Under the pieces are notes generated by a model that was not told the DNA's origin, made no database searches, and saw only the letters and a list, made by a program, of their open reading frames with translations. A DNA stretch of 61,044 bases from a virus (taxonomy: Duplodnaviria; Caudoviricetes). Positions 58,790 through 61,044 of this stretch are shown here, in pieces. The stretch lies in the IMG/VR virus record IMGVR_UViG_3300012931_000291, positions 1 through 61,044 of that record. The stretch is one strand, 5' to 3'. Both the position numbers and the translations under genes were made by a program. Position 1 is the first letter of the stretch; each line of letters opens with the position of its first letter.

Positions 58790-58804
58790 GAGGGGGGGGG
58801 TAAA

Positions 58805-59959
58805 ATGTCTCAAATAGATGAATTGAATCAGTTAATGCCCACTAATCTTGACAAAACGACTGCTGAGTACATCTCTATATTTGGTAATGAGACATTTACA
58901 TCAATTTCTCCTATCGAGGAATCTTCGGATTTTCAATGTGGTGCGATTGCAAACGAGTTGGAGTACGTGAAGGGATTTATTGATTATATTACTCGGACGG
59001 CAAGTATTGACGATTTTTATGGTGTTTATTTAGAAAAAGTGGTGAGTTTCTTTACTGGTTTGACTCGAAATCCCTCAGAAACTGATGCAGAACTTCGTCT
59101 GCGTTTCAATGCGCTTGTTGTAAGGAAGAATAATTTCTCGTGGTTGACTACATGGATGATTCGAGATGTTTTCAGTTATTTCTTTGACGTAAATACTATT
59201 TATGTAGTGGAAAATTACGTACTAGATGATTTTGTCGTTGATGGTAGTTTTGAAATTGATCCGACTTTGAATTGGGTGGTAAATACAAGTGGGGGGTCTA
59301 GTATTAGTTTTGTTGCACACGATATGTTTTATGGGTCCACTTGTGCTGAGTTTGTTGTTGATGCACTAGGGAGTACATGTTCTTTATCACAAACTTTGTC
59401 TGCGGTACCCGAGGGGTATTACATACTCAATTTCTTTGTTAAAGATGACCAACCATCAGCAACATCAAACTTGTTTAAGCTTATGCTCCAGCGATCTAGT
59501 GACAGTTACTACTACAATTTTACATCTTTTTCATGGCAGGCGGCTGCAACATATAAGGTCATGAGCAAGAATTCAAGCGCAGAATATGAATCAAAACAAG
59601 TTTTCGTTGAGATGACTATCGATGATGATTTGACTCTAACTTTTGAAAATGTCGGCAGCACCTCTGAAGAATACACGTTCTGGATTGACCGAGTAGAATT
59701 TGGAACGATGTTGGACTATCCTACTATCAAGTTGATTTTTGTAGATGAAAATTTAGGCACAGGGTATTTAAGTATTTGGCCTAGTGGGGAAGATCCTATT
59801 GCGACATATGAATACACAGAAGCTAGTTATATAGAACAGTGTTATGTATCTGGGTTTGGTGGGACTGGGCTTCTTCCATACTTTTATGATCTGCTTGAAA
59901 TTATTCGTCCTGCAGGGGTAAAGAGTATGATAGAAGTAGTTTGGCGTGCACATACATAG
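58805..59959 (+). CDS. baseplate wedge protein with inserted carbohydrate-binding-like domain
   Basis: R...ETDAELR.R at the N-terminus, IRPAGV at the C-terminus, and a DGSFE...W beta-sandwich-like insert. Confidence 0.65.
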   Translation: MSQIDELNQLMPTNLDKTTAEYISIFGNETFTSISPIEESSDFQCGAIANELEYVKGFIDYITRTASIDDFYGVYLEKVVSFFTGLTRNPSETDAELRLRFNALVVRKNNFSWLTTWMIRDVFSYFFDVNTIYVVENYVLDDFVVDGSFEIDPTLNWVVNTSGGSSISFVAHDMFYGSTCAEFVVDALGSTCSLSQTLSAVPEGYYILNFFVKDDQPSATSNLFKLMLQRSSDSYYYNFTSFSWQAAATYKVMSKNSSAEYESKQVFVEMTIDDDLTLTFENVGSTSEEYTFWIDRVEFGTMLDYPTIKLIFVDENLGTGYLSIWPSGEDPIATYEYTEASYIEQCYVSGFGGTGLLPYFYDLLEIIRPAGVKSMIEVVWRAHT

Positions 59960-59970
59960 GGGGAAGAAAT

Positions 59971-61044
59971 ATGAGTGAGATTAAGTCGACAGCGTATTAT
60001 GCTAATGAAGTTCTCAAGAATGATGACATTAGTTTTGATGCGGCTAATTCTATCGATAACGTAGCGGTGTTTTTAGCTCGATGTTTTGGGCCATTTACAA
60101 ATGCAGTCATTTTTCAAGGACTTCTTGTCCAAGAACGAGATACTCCATCGATGAATATTGATGTAACTGCCGGGTTTGCATTCGATCCTACTTCGGAGAC
60201 GATGATTAACAACTCAGCTTTGGCAGGACCTATAGCGATTGATGCAGCTGATGTGAGCAACACACGTATTGATATTATTGAGATACAACAAGAAGAAGTA
60301 GCATATGATATTCAACAACGTGCGTTCAGGAGTCCCGTTTCTCCGAACCCAATTTCGTACTCCAATGTGGCGACGAAAAACCAGTATGTAGCTACGATCA
60401 AAGCGAAGACAGGAGTAGCTGGCAGCGGAGCTGTTGCTCCTACTGTTGATAGCGGATGGGTAAAGCTAGCGGAAATTACGGTTCCTGCTGGAGCTACAAC
60501 TATTCTTGATGCTAATATCAAGAACTGCACTGCCGGTGTAGACGGAGAAAGCTCACCAGCTTGGACAACTGAGAAAGCTATTACCTTTGAATGGAGTAAG
60601 TTCTACTTGTTGTCATCGAAAGCGTTGTTTAATGTAGCCGTTGGTTACTTAGCTCTAGCTGCGAACACGACAGGCACTAGTAATGTAGCCGTTGGTTATA
60701 CAGTCTTAGCCGCGAACACGATAGGTATTGACAATATAGCCGTTGGTTACTTAGCTCTAGCCGCGAATACAACGGGTACTGGTAATGTGGCTGTCGGTGC
60801 ATCGGCTTTGACAGCAAGTACGATAGGTGTTAACAATGTAGCTGTCGGTGCATCGGCTTTAGCCGCGAATACAACAGGCGTTGATAACGTAGCTGTTGGT
60901 AGATCAGCTCTGATGGCAAATACGACAGGTTATAGTAATGTAGCCGTTGGTTACTTAGCCTTAGCCGCGAACACGACAGGTACATACAATGTAGCTGTTG
61001 GTAGATCAGCCCTAGCCGTGAATACGACAGGTGCTAGTAACGTA
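59971..61044 (+). CDS. tail fibre protein, 3' end outside window (not in the ORF track)
   Basis: Frame is open from ATG 59971 to the end: MSEIKSTAYY..., PSMNIDVTAG, RIDII, GWVKLAEITV, then NVAVG..AL..NTTG repeats. Confidence 0.85.
   Translation, partial: MSEIKSTAYYANEVLKNDDISFDAANSIDNVAVFLARCFGPFTNAVIFQGLLVQERDTPSMNIDVTAGFAFDPTSETMINNSALAGPIAIDAADVSNTRIDIIEIQQEEVAYDIQQRAFRSPVSPNPISYSNVATKNQYVATIKAKTGVAGSGAVAPTVDSGWVKLAEITVPAGATTILDANIKNCTAGVDGESSPAWTTEKAITFEWSKFYLLSSKALFNVAVGYLALAANTTGTSNVAVGYTVLAANTIGIDNIAVGYLALAANTTGTGNVAVGASALTASTIGVNNVAVGASALAANTTGVDNVAVGRSALMANTTGYSNVAVGYLALAANTTGTYNVAVGRSALAVNTTGASNV
60631..61044 (+). repeat. 51-bp (17-aa) tandem repeats, YadA-head-like
   Basis: Units start at 60631, 60682, 60733 and onward; eight complete units plus the start of a ninth. 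Confidence 0.9.

Noticed and set aside
1-61044. Many minus-strand and nested ORFs in the ORF track
   Set aside because: They overlap well-supported + strand genes, lack motifs and are typical shadows of GC3-rich coding sequence.
1-61044. CRISPR array, tRNA or rRNA genes
   Set aside because: All tandem repeats seen are in-frame coding repeats without unique spacers, and I saw no cloverleaf. A tRNAscan run would be needed to exclude tRNAs fully.

Overview
This window is part of a large tailed double-stranded DNA bacteriophage genome with a contractile (myovirus-type) tail. Nearly all credible genes are on the + strand, tightly packed with GGAGG-type ribosome-binding sites and overlapping stop/start codons. 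Order: truncated BspA-type leucine-rich-repeat gene; replication genes (primase, SNF2 helicase, DnaB-like helicase, clamp, UDG-PolA fusion, clamp loader, UvsY-like, gp32-like SSB, RecA-like, resolvase) interleaved with a complete 7-deazaguanine DNA-modification pathway (queD, queE, folE, queC, queF, dpdA, yhhQ) plus a glycosyltransferase; terminase genes separated by an AT-rich island carrying a GIY-YIG endonuclease and attC-like integron cassette sites; portal; a block of probable capsid-packaged proteins (two PI3/4-kinase/HipA-like kinases, one with a HExxH peptidase domain, and a MuF-like protein); a Com-like zinc finger with a promoter and long leader hairpin; protease, scaffold, major capsid, neck, sheath, tube, chaperones, tape measure, baseplate, and a truncated repeat-rich tail fibre. 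The most notable observations are the cassette-like attC array, the putative packaged kinase effector system with shared N-terminal motifs, the glycosyltransferase and possibly split DpdA in the preQ1 cluster, a duplicated bipartite promoter motif, and the Com-plus-hairpin switch. All assignments come from motif recognition by eye; no searches were run.
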